Shown: piece by piece, positions 18,573 through 27,518 of the stretch
How positions within the stretch are numbered: position 1 is the first letter of the stretch
Layout of the letters: each line of letters begins with the position of its first letter
Assembly: GCA_021783595.1 (NCBI GenBank)
Contig: JAJXTS010000001.1
Location: 34 to 64,033 of the forward strand
Direction of reading: 5' to 3'
DNA: 64,000 bases
DNA from: Chloroflexota bacterium
GTDB lineage: Bacteria; Chloroflexota; Limnocylindria; Limnocylindrales; CSP1-4
Made by a program: the position numbers and the translations under genes
The notes under the pieces: generated by a model
Databases searched by the model: none
What the model was told of the DNA's origin: nothing
The model's input: the letters and a program-made list of their open reading frames with translations, nothing else

Positions 18573-19199
18573 TTGCTCCGCGCATCCGCTCTGCTCATCG
18601 CGTCCCTCCTGCTCGCCGCGTGCTCGGGCACGGCGGCATCGCTCCAGACGCCGGCACCCTCCCGGGCGCCCACCACGTCGGCCGCAACGCCCGCGGCGGC
18701 GACCAACTCCCCAGCCGGCGCCACCGCGACCCCGGCCGCGGCCGACACCGAGGCGCCGACCGCGGCCCCTCCGGACAGCCCCAGCCAGTACCGGCCGGGC
18801 GACCCGATCGTGCTGACCAGCGACGGCGCCGACTGGGCGAGGATCACCGTGTCGAAGGTCAAGGCGGTCGCCTCCTTCAAGGGCGCCTACTACACGGACA
18901 AGCCCAAGGTGAAGGGTGACGTGTTCATCGAGGCGTACATCGCGTACGAGGCGCTCGACAACGGGGTGGACTACAACCCGTTCGACTGGCAGGTCTTCGC
19001 CAACGGTGAGGCCGTCGACAACTTCGCCTTCGTGATGAACGGGCCGGAGCCCCAGCTCGACTCGGGCACGCTGCCCAAGGGCCGCAAGGCGGCCGGCTGG
19101 GTGGTGTACGAGGTGCCCGCCAAGGGCGAGGTCCTCCTTTCCTACCAGGGCAACGCGTTCAGCAATGACGCCCCCGCGTTCGAGGTCAAGCTCCGGTAG
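18573..19199 (+). CDS. DUF4352 domain lipoprotein
   Basis: TTG start 18573 preceded by GAGGGGG. Signal peptide with lipobox LLAAC|SG, Ala/Thr/Pro linker, then a beta-rich DUF4352-like domain (GWVVYEVPAKG). Confidence 0.6.
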   Translation: MLRASALLIASLLLAACSGTAASLQTPAPSRAPTTSAATPAAATNSPAGATATPAAADTEAPTAAPPDSPSQYRPGDPIVLTSDGADWARITVSKVKAVASFKGAYYTDKPKVKGDVFIEAYIAYEALDNGVDYNPFDWQVFANGEAVDNFAFVMNGPEPQLDSGTLPKGRKAAGWVVYEVPAKGEVLLSYQGNAFSNDAPAFEVKLR

Positions 19200-19376
19200 G
19201 GGCTGCGGCCCGCTCGGGCCACATGCGGGGACGGGTTCGGCGGGCCGCCTGTGCGCGAGGGCTGCCGCGACCCGCTCGGGTCAGGGGCCGGGTCGCGGGC
19301 CCCCGCTATCGGGGGCAGAATGCAGGCGCGCCCGCGGCCCGGTGCCGCCACGCACCCGCACCAGGGGGACACGTCC

Positions 19377-21479
19377 ATGCGCCGCGCCGCCGCCCGACTC
19401 GCGACTCTGGCCCCCGCCGCGATCATCGCCTGGCTCGCGCTGTCCCTGCTGGTGGCGCCGCTCGCGGGCGCCGCGGGCCCGAAGCGCCTCGCCTCCCCAG
19501 TCACCGACGACGCCGGCGTCCTGCCGCAGGGCGCGGCGGCGGCCATCCAGTCGGCGTTCGACCGAGTCGGGTCCGAGACGGGCGTCCAGCCCTGGGTCTG
19601 GTACCTGGACACGACGGGCGGCACCGACCCTGCGGCCCTCGCCACCGCCACCGCGCAGCAGAGCGGGCTCGGCGGCGCCGACCTCCTGCTCGTGATCGCG
19701 ATGAGCGACCATGCCTACGGCTACTGGAAGGGCGCGGCCGTGCCGCTCTCCGACGCCAGCCTCCAGCTGCTGCTGTCGCGGACCCTTCCCGCCGACCTGC
19801 GCGCCAACGCGCCCGACCGGGCGGCGATCGACTTCGCGGACCAGCTGGCCGCGTCCTTCGCAGCGACCCCGGCACCCGGCGCCACGGCCGCGCCCACAGC
19901 GCCAGCCGCGCCCGCCGCGTCGCGGGGAGCGCCCGGCAGCGGCGACGGCACCCTCGGCGCGCTGCTCGCGATCGCCGCCACCGTCCTGGGCGCGGTCCTG
20001 GTGGTGTGGTTCCTCGCCACGCACCGCGAGGCCACCGGCAATGCCGGCCCCGGCCGGCCGCAGCGCGCCGGCGACGACCTGGCCCGCCTCGCCGACAACG
20101 ACCTCGAGGCGCTCGCCAACAGCCTCCTCGTCGCGACCGACGACGCTGTGCGCGACTCGGAGCAGGAGCTGGGCTTCGCGCAGGCGCAGTTCGGCGACGA
20201 CGCGGCCGCGCCGTTCGCGGCCGCGCTCGAGGGTGCCAGGGCAGACCTCAAGGGCGCCTTCCTGCTGCGCCAGCAGCTCGACGACGCCACGCCCGAGGCG
20301 CCGGCCCAGCGGCGGAACATGCTGGAGCAGCTCGTCCGGGCATGCCGCGAGGCCCAGCGCAAGCTGGATGCGCAGGCCGCCGGGTTCGAGCAGTTGCGCG
20401 CGCTCCAGGAGAAGGCGCCGGCGATCATCGATGCCCTCCCATCCCAGGCGGACGCGCTCGAGGCACGGGTGGCGGCGGCCAGCCCCGCACTGGCGCACCT
20501 CCAGACCTTCGCGGACGCGGACTGGCAGGCGGTGGCGCCCAACCTCGACGAGGCCGGCAAGCGGGTCGCGGCCGCCCGGGTCGCGGCGGACGCCGGGCGC
20601 GCGGCGCTCGCTGCCGGCGACGGTCCCAAGGCGGCGGCGGCCGCCCAGGCGGGCCAGGACGCGCTCGCCCAGGGCGCGCGGTTCGTGGACGCGATCGAGG
20701 CGCTCGCCGGGCAACTCGACGCCGCCGCCGCGGCGCTGGCGGCGCAGCTGGCCGCGGCCGAGCAGGACATCGGCCGCGCCAAGGCCGCCGTGGGGACGCC
20801 CGGCGCGCCAGGAGCCGACGCCGCCGCCGTGGCCGCCGTGGCCCAGGCGGACGCACTCCTGGCCGACGCTCGGACGGCGCTCAACCCGCCCAAGCCGGAC
20901 GTGACCGCAGCACTCGACAAGGCCCGCGCGGCAGAGAAGGCGGCCGAGGACGTCCTGGCGCGCCTCCGCTCGGCGCACGAGGCGGCGGCGCTGGCGGCGG
21001 CGCAGCTGAGCGCCTCCGTCCAGACCGCCCAGGCAGCCGTCGGCCGGGCGTCCGGTCTGATCGCCACCCGCCGGGGCGCTGTCGGCACCGAGGCCCGGAC
21101 CCGGCTCGCCGAGGCGCAGCGCCACCTCGACCGGGCGACGACGCTGGTGGCCACCGACGGCGGGGCTGCCCGATCGGAGGCGGATGCGGCCAGCCAGCTC
21201 GCCGCCCAGGCGGAGTCGCTCGCCCAGCGCGACTACGGCATCTGGGACGACCCGTGGCGGGGCGGCGGCAACGCAGGCGGCAACGCGGACGTGGCCGGCG
21301 CGATCATCGGCGGGATCATCGGCGGCATGCTCGCCGGGGGCGGCCGCCACCGCGGCGGTCCGTTCGGGGGCGGGTTCGGCGGGTTCGGCGGCGGCTGGGG
21401 CGGCGGGGGCGGGTTCGGCGGAGGGTTCGGCGGGGGCGGCGGGTTCGGCGGCGGGTCTTCGGGCAGCGGCCGCTGGTGA
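19377..21479 (+). CDS. TPM-domain (YgcG-like) membrane protein with long Ala-rich coiled-coil and Gly-rich C-terminal tail
   Basis: Signal/TM, then TPM fold (SPVTDDAGVLPQ...LLLVIAMSDHAYGYW), a second TM, about 430 aa of Ala/Gln/Glu-rich helix, a GxxxG-type hydrophobic stretch, and a (GGGF)n tail ending SGSGRW as in E. coli YgcG. Start at ATG 19377 with AGGGGGAC RBS. Confidence 0.7.
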   Translation: MRRAAARLATLAPAAIIAWLALSLLVAPLAGAAGPKRLASPVTDDAGVLPQGAAAAIQSAFDRVGSETGVQPWVWYLDTTGGTDPAALATATAQQSGLGGADLLLVIAMSDHAYGYWKGAAVPLSDASLQLLLSRTLPADLRANAPDRAAIDFADQLAASFAATPAPGATAAPTAPAAPAASRGAPGSGDGTLGALLAIAATVLGAVLVVWFLATHREATGNAGPGRPQRAGDDLARLADNDLEALANSLLVATDDAVRDSEQELGFAQAQFGDDAAAPFAAALEGARADLKGAFLLRQQLDDATPEAPAQRRNMLEQLVRACREAQRKLDAQAAGFEQLRALQEKAPAIIDALPSQADALEARVAAASPALAHLQTFADADWQAVAPNLDEAGKRVAAARVAADAGRAALAAGDGPKAAAAAQAGQDALAQGARFVDAIEALAGQLDAAAAALAAQLAAAEQDIGRAKAAVGTPGAPGADAAAVAAVAQADALLADARTALNPPKPDVTAALDKARAAEKAAEDVLARLRSAHEAAALAAAQLSASVQTAQAAVGRASGLIATRRGAVGTEARTRLAEAQRHLDRATTLVATDGGAARSEADAASQLAAQAESLAQRDYGIWDDPWRGGGNAGGNADVAGAIIGGIIGGMLAGGGRHRGGPFGGGFGGFGGGWGGGGGFGGGFGGGGGFGGGSSGSGRW

Positions 21480-21674
21480 ACCCGTGCCGGGGTCAGACCG
21501 CGACGCGTCGGTCGGCGCCGGCCCGCGCCGCCGCTGCCGGCCGACCGGTCGCCCGCCCCGGGGGATCCCGCGTAGGATGGACGGCGTCCGGGGGCGCCGC
21601 ATCCCAGCGCACCCGATCTCGTGGACCACGTCGCGGCACCCGTCGGGCCCGCGAGGCAGCTGGAGGGCAGGTAC

Positions 21675-22388
21675 ATGGCCCAGTCATCGATCCTCGGACG
21701 CGTCGGGCAGCTCGTGCGGGCGAACGTCAACGCGCTGATCGACGGCGCGGAGGACCCGCAGAAGATGCTCGACCAGCTGGTCCGAGACTTCACGGACAAC
21801 ATCCGCGAGGCGGAAGAGGCCGTCGCCCAGACCATCGGCAACCTGCGCCTGCTCGAGGATGACGCCAAGGAGGCGTCCGGCGCCGCCTCCGAGTGGGGAT
21901 CCAAGGCCGCCGCCGCCTCCAAGAAGGCGGACGAGCTGCGCGCCGCGGGCAACGCCGCCGACGCCGACAAGTTCGACGGCCTCGCGCGCGTGGCGCTCAA
22001 GCGCCAGATCTCCTACGAGGAGCAGGTCAAGACCTTCGCGCCGCAGATCGAGCAGCAGACCGCGCTCGTGGACCAGCTCAAGAACGGGCTGAACCAGATG
22101 CGCGCCAAGCGCGAGGAGCTGGTCCAGCGGCGAGACGAGCTGATCAGCCGGGCGAAGATGGCCCAGGCCCAGGTGAAGGTCCAGGAGTCGCTCAAGAGCG
22201 TCAACGTGATGGACCCCACCGGTGAGGTCGCCCGGTTCGAGGACAAGATCCGCCACGAGGAGGCGAGGGCCAAGGGGCTGGCCGAGGTGGCCGCGAGCTC
22301 GCTCGACGCGCAGTTCGGGAGCCTCGAGGACGACGAGAGCAGCGTCGAGGTGGACGCCCGCCTGGCAGCCCTCAAGTCCGGCTCCTAG
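21675..22388 (+). CDS. pspA: PspA/IM30 family protein (phage-shock protein A)
   Basis: MAQSSILGRVGQLVRANVNALIDGAEDPQKMLDQLVRD is a canonical PspA N-terminus. Coiled-coil throughout. GGAGGG RBS. Confidence 0.85.
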   Translation: MAQSSILGRVGQLVRANVNALIDGAEDPQKMLDQLVRDFTDNIREAEEAVAQTIGNLRLLEDDAKEASGAASEWGSKAAAASKKADELRAAGNAADADKFDGLARVALKRQISYEEQVKTFAPQIEQQTALVDQLKNGLNQMRAKREELVQRRDELISRAKMAQAQVKVQESLKSVNVMDPTGEVARFEDKIRHEEARAKGLAEVAASSLDAQFGSLEDDESSVEVDARLAALKSGS

Positions 22389-22406
22389 ACCCGGACGCGC
22401 GCGGCG

Positions 22407-22451
22407 GCGCCGGGGATCAGCCCCCGACGCCGCGCCGGGGATCAGCCCCCG
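22407..22451. repeat. two tandem copies of a 20-nt hairpin-forming unit GCGCCGGGGATCAGCCCCCG
   Basis: Copies at 22407-22426 and 22432-22451, period 25. Each can fold as a GCCGGGG/CCCCGGC stem with a 6-nt loop (second copy perfect). A second 22-nt tandem pair ACCCGGCGGCGGCT(G/C)GCTCCAG lies at 22477-22525 and straddles the stop of the VOC gene. Confidence 0.5.
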
Positions 22452-22501
22452 GCACCACGCCTCGGGGCCGGACGTCACCCGGCGGCGGCTGGCTCCAGGC
22501 G

Positions 22502-23014
22502 CTACCCGGCGGCGGCTCGCTCCAGCTCGGCCAGGTCGATCTTGCGCATCGCGAGCAGCGCCGTCGTCGCGCGGGCCGCCCGCCCCGGATCGGGGTCGCC
22601 CACGATGGCACCCAGCGCCGCCGGCACGACCTGCCAGGACACGCCGAAGCGGTCCTTGCACCAGCCGCACCGCTGGGCCTCCGGGTCGCCACCTTCCGTG
22701 AGGCGCCCCCACAGCGCGTCCAGCTCTGCCTGCGTCCCGCACGTCACCATGAACGAGACCGCCTCGGTGAAGGGGAACTGCGGGCCGCCGTTGAGCGCCA
22801 TGAACGGCTGCCCGGCCAGATGGAACCGCACGGTCATCGCCGTCCCGGCCGCCTGGCCGTGGACCTCCTGGCCCGCCTCCGGATACCGCGTGACCTCGTC
22901 GATCCCGCTGTCCCCGAACAGCGTCGCGTAGAAGGCGGCCGCCTCCTCCGCGCGGCCGTCGAACCACAGGAACGGCGTGATGGGCCCGGCGGGCCGGATC
23001 GGGGACGTGGCCAT
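22502..23014 (-). CDS. VOC/glyoxalase-fold protein (PhnB-like)
   Basis: ITPFLWFDGRAEEAAAFYATLF...MVTCGTQAELD pattern of PhnB-like 3-demethylubiquinone-9 methyltransferase-domain proteins. Confidence 0.65.
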   Translation of the reverse strand: MATSPIRPAGPITPFLWFDGRAEEAAAFYATLFGDSGIDEVTRYPEAGQEVHGQAAGTAMTVRFHLAGQPFMALNGGPQFPFTEAVSFMVTCGTQAELDALWGRLTEGGDPEAQRCGWCKDRFGVSWQVVPAALGAIVGDPDPGRAARATTALLAMRKIDLAELERAAAG

Positions 23015-23088
23015 ATGTCGTCGTGCCCCCTGACGGTGCTCGTGACGCTGGTCAGGCGCGGGCGACGCCGCCCGCGATGCGGCTGGGC

Positions 23089-23394
23089 CTAGGCGCCGCG
23101 CGTTCGGCGGCTGCCGGGGAGCCTCGCGGTGGACAGGTAGATCGTGCGGCCCCGGATGGCCATGTTGGCCTCCGGCCGGTGAGCGGCGATCACGCGCTTC
23201 ACCGCGAGGCGGAAGGTGGGCACCTTGTCCGCCGGCTCGAGCTCGATCGCGATCACCTCCTCGTCGGTCTTGAGGCGCGCGAGGGCCTTTCGGATCTCCT
23301 CCTCGCGGGCCATGGCCGCCAGCTGGCGCGGGCTGAGCGCGCGCTCGCGTGCCTTGGGCGCGAGCTCCTCGAACTTCGCGGCTCGGATGCGCAT
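23089..23394 (-). CDS. hypothetical small protein (101 aa)
   Basis: ATG 23394 with CGAGGA RBS. Charged helical N-terminal half. No family recognised. Confidence 0.35.
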   Translation of the reverse strand: MRIRAAKFEELAPKARERALSPRQLAAMAREEEIRKALARLKTDEEVIAIELEPADKVPTFRLAVKRVIAAHRPEANMAIRGRTIYLSTARLPGSRRTRGA

Positions 23395-23581
23395 GGGTCC
23401 TCGAATCGCTGCAGGTTGGGCGGGCTGGATTCGTCGCATCATGACACGCCGGCGCGACCGCGCAGCGCCTCTGAGCGCGATGGCGACCGCTTCCGCGGCG
23501 AAGGCGGGGGCCGCGGCGCCGGTGTGGCGTCGTATGCTTCGCTCGACCCGGCGCAGCGGGCGCCGGAGAGGGAGGCTCACC

Positions 23582-24184
23582 ATGACGAATCCGGTCGGGG
23601 GCCCGCCGGTCCCCCCTCCGCCGTCAGGCAACTGGCAGGCGCCGCCGCCACCGACTGGCGGGTTCAACCCCAACTTCCAGCAGTCGAGCGTGGAGCCGGG
23701 ACCGGCGCCGGGGATCACCTACGCGGACACGGTGACGCGCATCATCGCGCTGGTGATCGACGCCGTGATCATCGGCGTCATCGGCTGGTTCGTGGGGTTC
23801 GTCATCGGGGTCTTCTTGGCGGCGAGCACCGGGGTGGACATCCTGTTCCTGTTCGTCGGCGGGCTCGTGAGCGCGGTCATCAGCCTCGGCTACTTCGTGT
23901 ACGGCTGGACGAAGATGCGCGCCTCGTTCGGCCAGAAGTTCCTGAACCTCGAGACCGTGAACGCCGCGGACGGCGCGACCCTCAACCAGAGCCAGGCGAT
24001 CCGCCGCTGGGCGTTCCTGTGGGGCCCGCAGGCCGTCATCGGGATCGTGCCGTTCCTGGCGATCATCGCCTGGCCCCTGGAGTTCCTGTACGGGCTGTAC
24101 CTGCTGTACACGGTCACCCAGAGCCGCAAGCGCCAGGGTTTCCACGACATGCAGAGCGGCACCGTCGTCATCAAGCACGGCTGA
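23582..24184 (+). CDS. RDD-family membrane protein with Pro-rich N-terminus
   Basis: YADTVTRIIALVIDAVIIGVIGWF is an RDD-domain hallmark. GAGGGAGG RBS. Confidence 0.7.
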   Translation: MTNPVGGPPVPPPPSGNWQAPPPPTGGFNPNFQQSSVEPGPAPGITYADTVTRIIALVIDAVIIGVIGWFVGFVIGVFLAASTGVDILFLFVGGLVSAVISLGYFVYGWTKMRASFGQKFLNLETVNAADGATLNQSQAIRRWAFLWGPQAVIGIVPFLAIIAWPLEFLYGLYLLYTVTQSRKRQGFHDMQSGTVVIKHG

Positions 24185-24207
24185 GCCGCCAGCCATCACG
24201 CCCACCC

Positions 24208-24241
24208 GAACGGGGCCGGAACGCCGGCCCCGTTCTCGTTT
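24208..24241. terminator. bidirectional intrinsic-terminator-like hairpin between convergent genes
   Basis: GAACGGGGCCGG-AACG-CCGGCCCCGTTC perfect 12-bp stem followed by TCGTTTG. Confidence 0.5.
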
Positions 24242-24268
24242 GCGGGCACCGGGCACGCGAGCCGGCGC

Positions 24269-24682
24269 TTAGGGTTCGAAGTCCAGGTTCCGCACGTGGC
24301 GCGGCCGGAACACCGCGAGCGGCCGCCGGTCGAACGCGGCCACACGCCGGATGCCGAGGCGCTCCGCGGTGGCGACCAGCAACGCGTCCGCCAGGCGGGG
24401 ACGGTGCTCGGCCGCCTCAGCCATCAGCTCCGCCGCGCGGCGCAGGTCCTCGGGTGTCGGCGCGACCAGGCGAATGGAGCCCGCCACCACGCTGGCGAGC
24501 ACGGCCTGGCTGGCGGGAGCCCCGAGCTCGCGCTGGAGCACCACGTCCAGCTCCGCCAGCGACAGCGCGCCCAGCAGCAGCGGCTCGTCCGCGCGCTCGA
24601 ACCACACGGCCGCCGCCCGGTGGTTGAGGTCCGCCGCGTCCGCCGCCGCCAGCACCGCCGAGGGGTCCAGGAGGACGGCCAC
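24269..24682 (-). CDS. vapC: PIN-domain toxin
   Basis: VAVLLDPSAVLAA... with conserved acidic residues. GTG start overlaps the vapB stop by 1 nt. The 494-aa track ORF upstream of this start is rejected. Confidence 0.65.
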   Translation of the reverse strand: MAVLLDPSAVLAAADAADLNHRAAAVWFERADEPLLLGALSLAELDVVLQRELGAPASQAVLASVVAGSIRLVAPTPEDLRRAAELMAEAAEHRPRLADALLVATAERLGIRRVAAFDRRPLAVFRPRHVRNLDFEP

Positions 24683-24930
24683 TAGCCGCCACCGTGGCGA
24701 CCACCGGCGTCGCGCCGGAGTATCGCCCGCCCGTCGAGCGACAGGCGCCCGTGGCTGCTGCGGCCGATGCCCACGAACGGGAACTCGGGGGAGGCCTCGT
24801 GCGCCTCGAGCCAGGCCTCGAGCGCCGAGCTGATCACGGACGTCTTGGTGGTCCGCTGCCGGTGCGCGTGCCGGTCGAGGCGATCCAGCAGGTCGGCGTC
24901 CAGCAGGATGGTGGTCCGCACGGTTTTCAT
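24682..24930 (-). CDS. vapB: ribbon-helix-helix antitoxin
   Basis: MKTVRTTILLDADLLDRLDRHA...TKTSVISSALEAWL is a CopG/RHH fold. Confidence 0.65.
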   Translation of the reverse strand: MKTVRTTILLDADLLDRLDRHAHRQRTTKTSVISSALEAWLEAHEASPEFPFVGIGRSSHGRLSLDGRAILRRDAGGRHGGG

Positions 24931-25055
24931 ATGACGTCATATCTACCACGGTGGACGCGACGCCGCCAGCTCCGGCACCATGCCGCCCATCCCCTGGCGC
25001 CGCTGTGGACACGCGCCGCCGCACAGGCCGCGCGCGTCGCGGCGGAGGGCAACGG

Positions 25056-26639
25056 ATGAAGATCCTCGTCGTCGAGCCCCTGGCCGAGGAAGGCTTGGAG
25101 CTCCTGCGCCGCCACCACGAGGTGGACGAGCGGCTGGGGCTCCCGCGTGAGGAGATCCTCGCGATCCTGCCCGGGTACGACGCCCTCGTCGTGCGCAGCC
25201 AGGTCAAGGCGGACGCCGAGATGATCGCGGCCGGCACCCGACTCGTGGTCATCGGCCGGGCAGGCGTCGGCGTGGACAACGTGGACCTCGAGGCGGCGAC
25301 CCGCGCCGGGATCACCGTCGTCAACGCGCCCACCGGGAACACGGTCGCCGCCGCCGAGCTCAGCATCGCGCTGCTGTTCGCGCTGGCGCGCAAGGTCGCC
25401 GCCGCGGACGCGTCGATGCGCCGGGGCGAGTGGAAGCGCTCGCAGTTCACCGGCATCGAGCTGCGCGGCAAGACGCTGGGGATCGTGGGGCTGGGCAAGA
25501 TCGGCCAGGCCATCGCGGCCCGCGCCCGCGCCATGCAGATGACCGTGATCGCGTCGGACCCGTTCGTCACGCCCGAGCAGGCCGCGACCCTCGGCGTCGA
25601 GCTGGTGTCGTTCGACGAGGTCGTCGCGCGCGCCGACGCCATCACCGTCCACGTGCCCAAGACCAAGGCCACGACCGGCCTGCTCAACGCCGCGGCCTTC
25701 GAGCGGATGAAGCCGGGCGTCATGCTCCTCAACGTGGCCCGCGGTGGAATCATCGACGAGGCCGACCTGGCGGCGGCGCTCCGCTCGGGCAGGGTCGCGG
25801 GTGCGGGGATCGACGTCTACACCGCGGAGCCGCCCACGGGCAATCCGCTGCTCGACGCGCCCAACACGGTGCTCACGCCACACCTGGGCGCGTCCACCGA
25901 GGAGGCCCAGATCGCGGTGGCGGAGGAGGTGGCCGAGCAGATCCTCGACGTGCTCGACGGGCGGCCGGCCAGGTACGCGGTCAACGCCCCGCTCCTGACG
26001 CCCGAGACCGCGAAGGCCATCGCGCCGTACCTGCCGCTCGCCGAGACGATGGGCCAGTTCGCCGCCCAGATGGTCCCCACCGCCCCGCGGACGCTCACCA
26101 TCGAGATCGCCGGCGAGCCTGCCGCGTACGACGCCAGCCCGCTGGTGGCGGCCGTCCTCCGCGGGCTGCTCGAGGCGACCACAGAGGAGCGCGTCAACCT
26201 GATCAACGCCGGCACCCTCGCCAAGGCGCGCGGGATCACGGTGGTCGAGCGCAAGACGCCCGACGCCGGGGCGTTCTCGTCGCTGCTGACGGTCACCGCG
26301 GAGGCGGAGGGCGGGTCCAGCACGGTGGCCGGGACGGTCGCGGGCGGCGAGTCGCGACTGGTGCGCCTGGGCGCCCACGCGATGGACCTGGCGCCCGCGG
26401 CCCACATGCTCATCACCAGCCATCGCGACCGGCCCGGCACGGTGGGGCGCGTGGGCGCGATCCTGGGCCAGGCGGACGTCAACATCAGCTCCATGACGCT
26501 CGCCCGGTCGGCGCCGCGCGCGGAGGCGTTCATGGTGCTCGCCCTCGACGACGCGCCGCCTGCGGCCGTGATCGAGGCCCTCCGCGCCGACGACGCGATG
26601 CTCGACGTCTGGTCCGTCACGCTGGGCGACCGCAGGTGA
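25056..26639 (+). CDS. serA: D-3-phosphoglycerate dehydrogenase with ACT domain
   Basis: MKILVVEPLAEEGLELL, GxGxxG NAD site, ARGGIIDE, C-terminal ACT. 527 aa. Confidence 0.9.
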   Translation: MKILVVEPLAEEGLELLRRHHEVDERLGLPREEILAILPGYDALVVRSQVKADAEMIAAGTRLVVIGRAGVGVDNVDLEAATRAGITVVNAPTGNTVAAAELSIALLFALARKVAAADASMRRGEWKRSQFTGIELRGKTLGIVGLGKIGQAIAARARAMQMTVIASDPFVTPEQAATLGVELVSFDEVVARADAITVHVPKTKATTGLLNAAAFERMKPGVMLLNVARGGIIDEADLAAALRSGRVAGAGIDVYTAEPPTGNPLLDAPNTVLTPHLGASTEEAQIAVAEEVAEQILDVLDGRPARYAVNAPLLTPETAKAIAPYLPLAETMGQFAAQMVPTAPRTLTIEIAGEPAAYDASPLVAAVLRGLLEATTEERVNLINAGTLAKARGITVVERKTPDAGAFSSLLTVTAEAEGGSSTVAGTVAGGESRLVRLGAHAMDLAPAAHMLITSHRDRPGTVGRVGAILGQADVNISSMTLARSAPRAEAFMVLALDDAPPAAVIEALRADDAMLDVWSVTLGDRR

Positions 26640-27493
26640 CCGGCGGCGCGCCCCTCCCGGGCCGTCCGGACGGCGCGCCGCTCATCCCCGATGGCCTCGA
26701 CGCGACCGTCGTGCTCCTCCGGCACGGCGAGACCGAGTGGATCCGCGAGGGGCGCTTCCAGGGCTCGGCCGAGACGCCGCTGTCGGCCGTCGGGCGGCGG
26801 CAGGCGGTCCTCGCCGGCGAGCGGCTGGCGCGCCCCCACGCCCCGCCCGCCCTGCCCGTCCCCGACGGGCTGCCGCGGGAGATCGCCCACTCGCCCCTCG
26901 GGCGCACGCGCGAGACGGCCCTCGCCGTCGCCTCGGCGATGGCGGACCTCGGCGGCCCGGCTCCCCTCCCCGCCCTTCGTCCCGAGCCCGGGCTCCGGGA
27001 GATCGGCCAGGGCGTCTGGGAGGGCGAGACCGCCGACGAGATCGCCCGGCGCTGGCCGGCGGAGATCGGCGGCTGGCGACGCGACCCGCTGGCCGCCCAC
27101 GCGCCCGGCGGCGAGTCGCTCGGCGAGGTGGACGCCCGGGTCCGCGGCGCTCTGGCCCGCATCCTCGACGAGCTCGGGCGTGACTACCCGCGTGGCACCA
27201 CCAACCGACCGCAGGTCCACGGCTACGCCGGGGCGGGCCAGCCGAGCGGACAGCCCTGGTCGATCCTGGTCGGCCACGACGGCGTGTTCAAGGTGCTCAT
27301 GCTGGCCCTGCTGGACCTGCCCCTCGCCAAGTTCTGGTCCTTCTCGCTCGGGCTCACCGGCATCTCGGTCGTCGAGATCCGCGGCGGGCGGCCCGTCCTG
27401 CGCGCGCACAACTGGACGGCGCACCTCGCCCCGATCGAGGACGAGCTCGCCCGCGCCGCCGCCGAGCGCCGGGCGCAGTCGGGCGCTCTCTGA
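26636..27493 (+). CDS. histidine phosphatase (phosphoglycerate-mutase family)
   Basis: VVLLRHGETEW...RTRETA catalytic RHG motif. GTG start overlaps the serA stop (GTGA). Confidence 0.65.
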   Translation: MTGGAPLPGRPDGAPLIPDGLDATVVLLRHGETEWIREGRFQGSAETPLSAVGRRQAVLAGERLARPHAPPALPVPDGLPREIAHSPLGRTRETALAVASAMADLGGPAPLPALRPEPGLREIGQGVWEGETADEIARRWPAEIGGWRRDPLAAHAPGGESLGEVDARVRGALARILDELGRDYPRGTTNRPQVHGYAGAGQPSGQPWSILVGHDGVFKVLMLALLDLPLAKFWSFSLGLTGISVVEIRGGRPVLRAHNWTAHLAPIEDELARAAAERRAQSGAL

Positions 27494-27518
27494 CAGCGCG
27501 CCGCCGGGGGGCCTCCCC

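Noticed and set aside
24269-25753. 494-aa minus-strand ORF
   Set aside because: Only the last 137 codons (the PIN toxin) look like protein. The rest overlaps vapB and serA and is low complexity.
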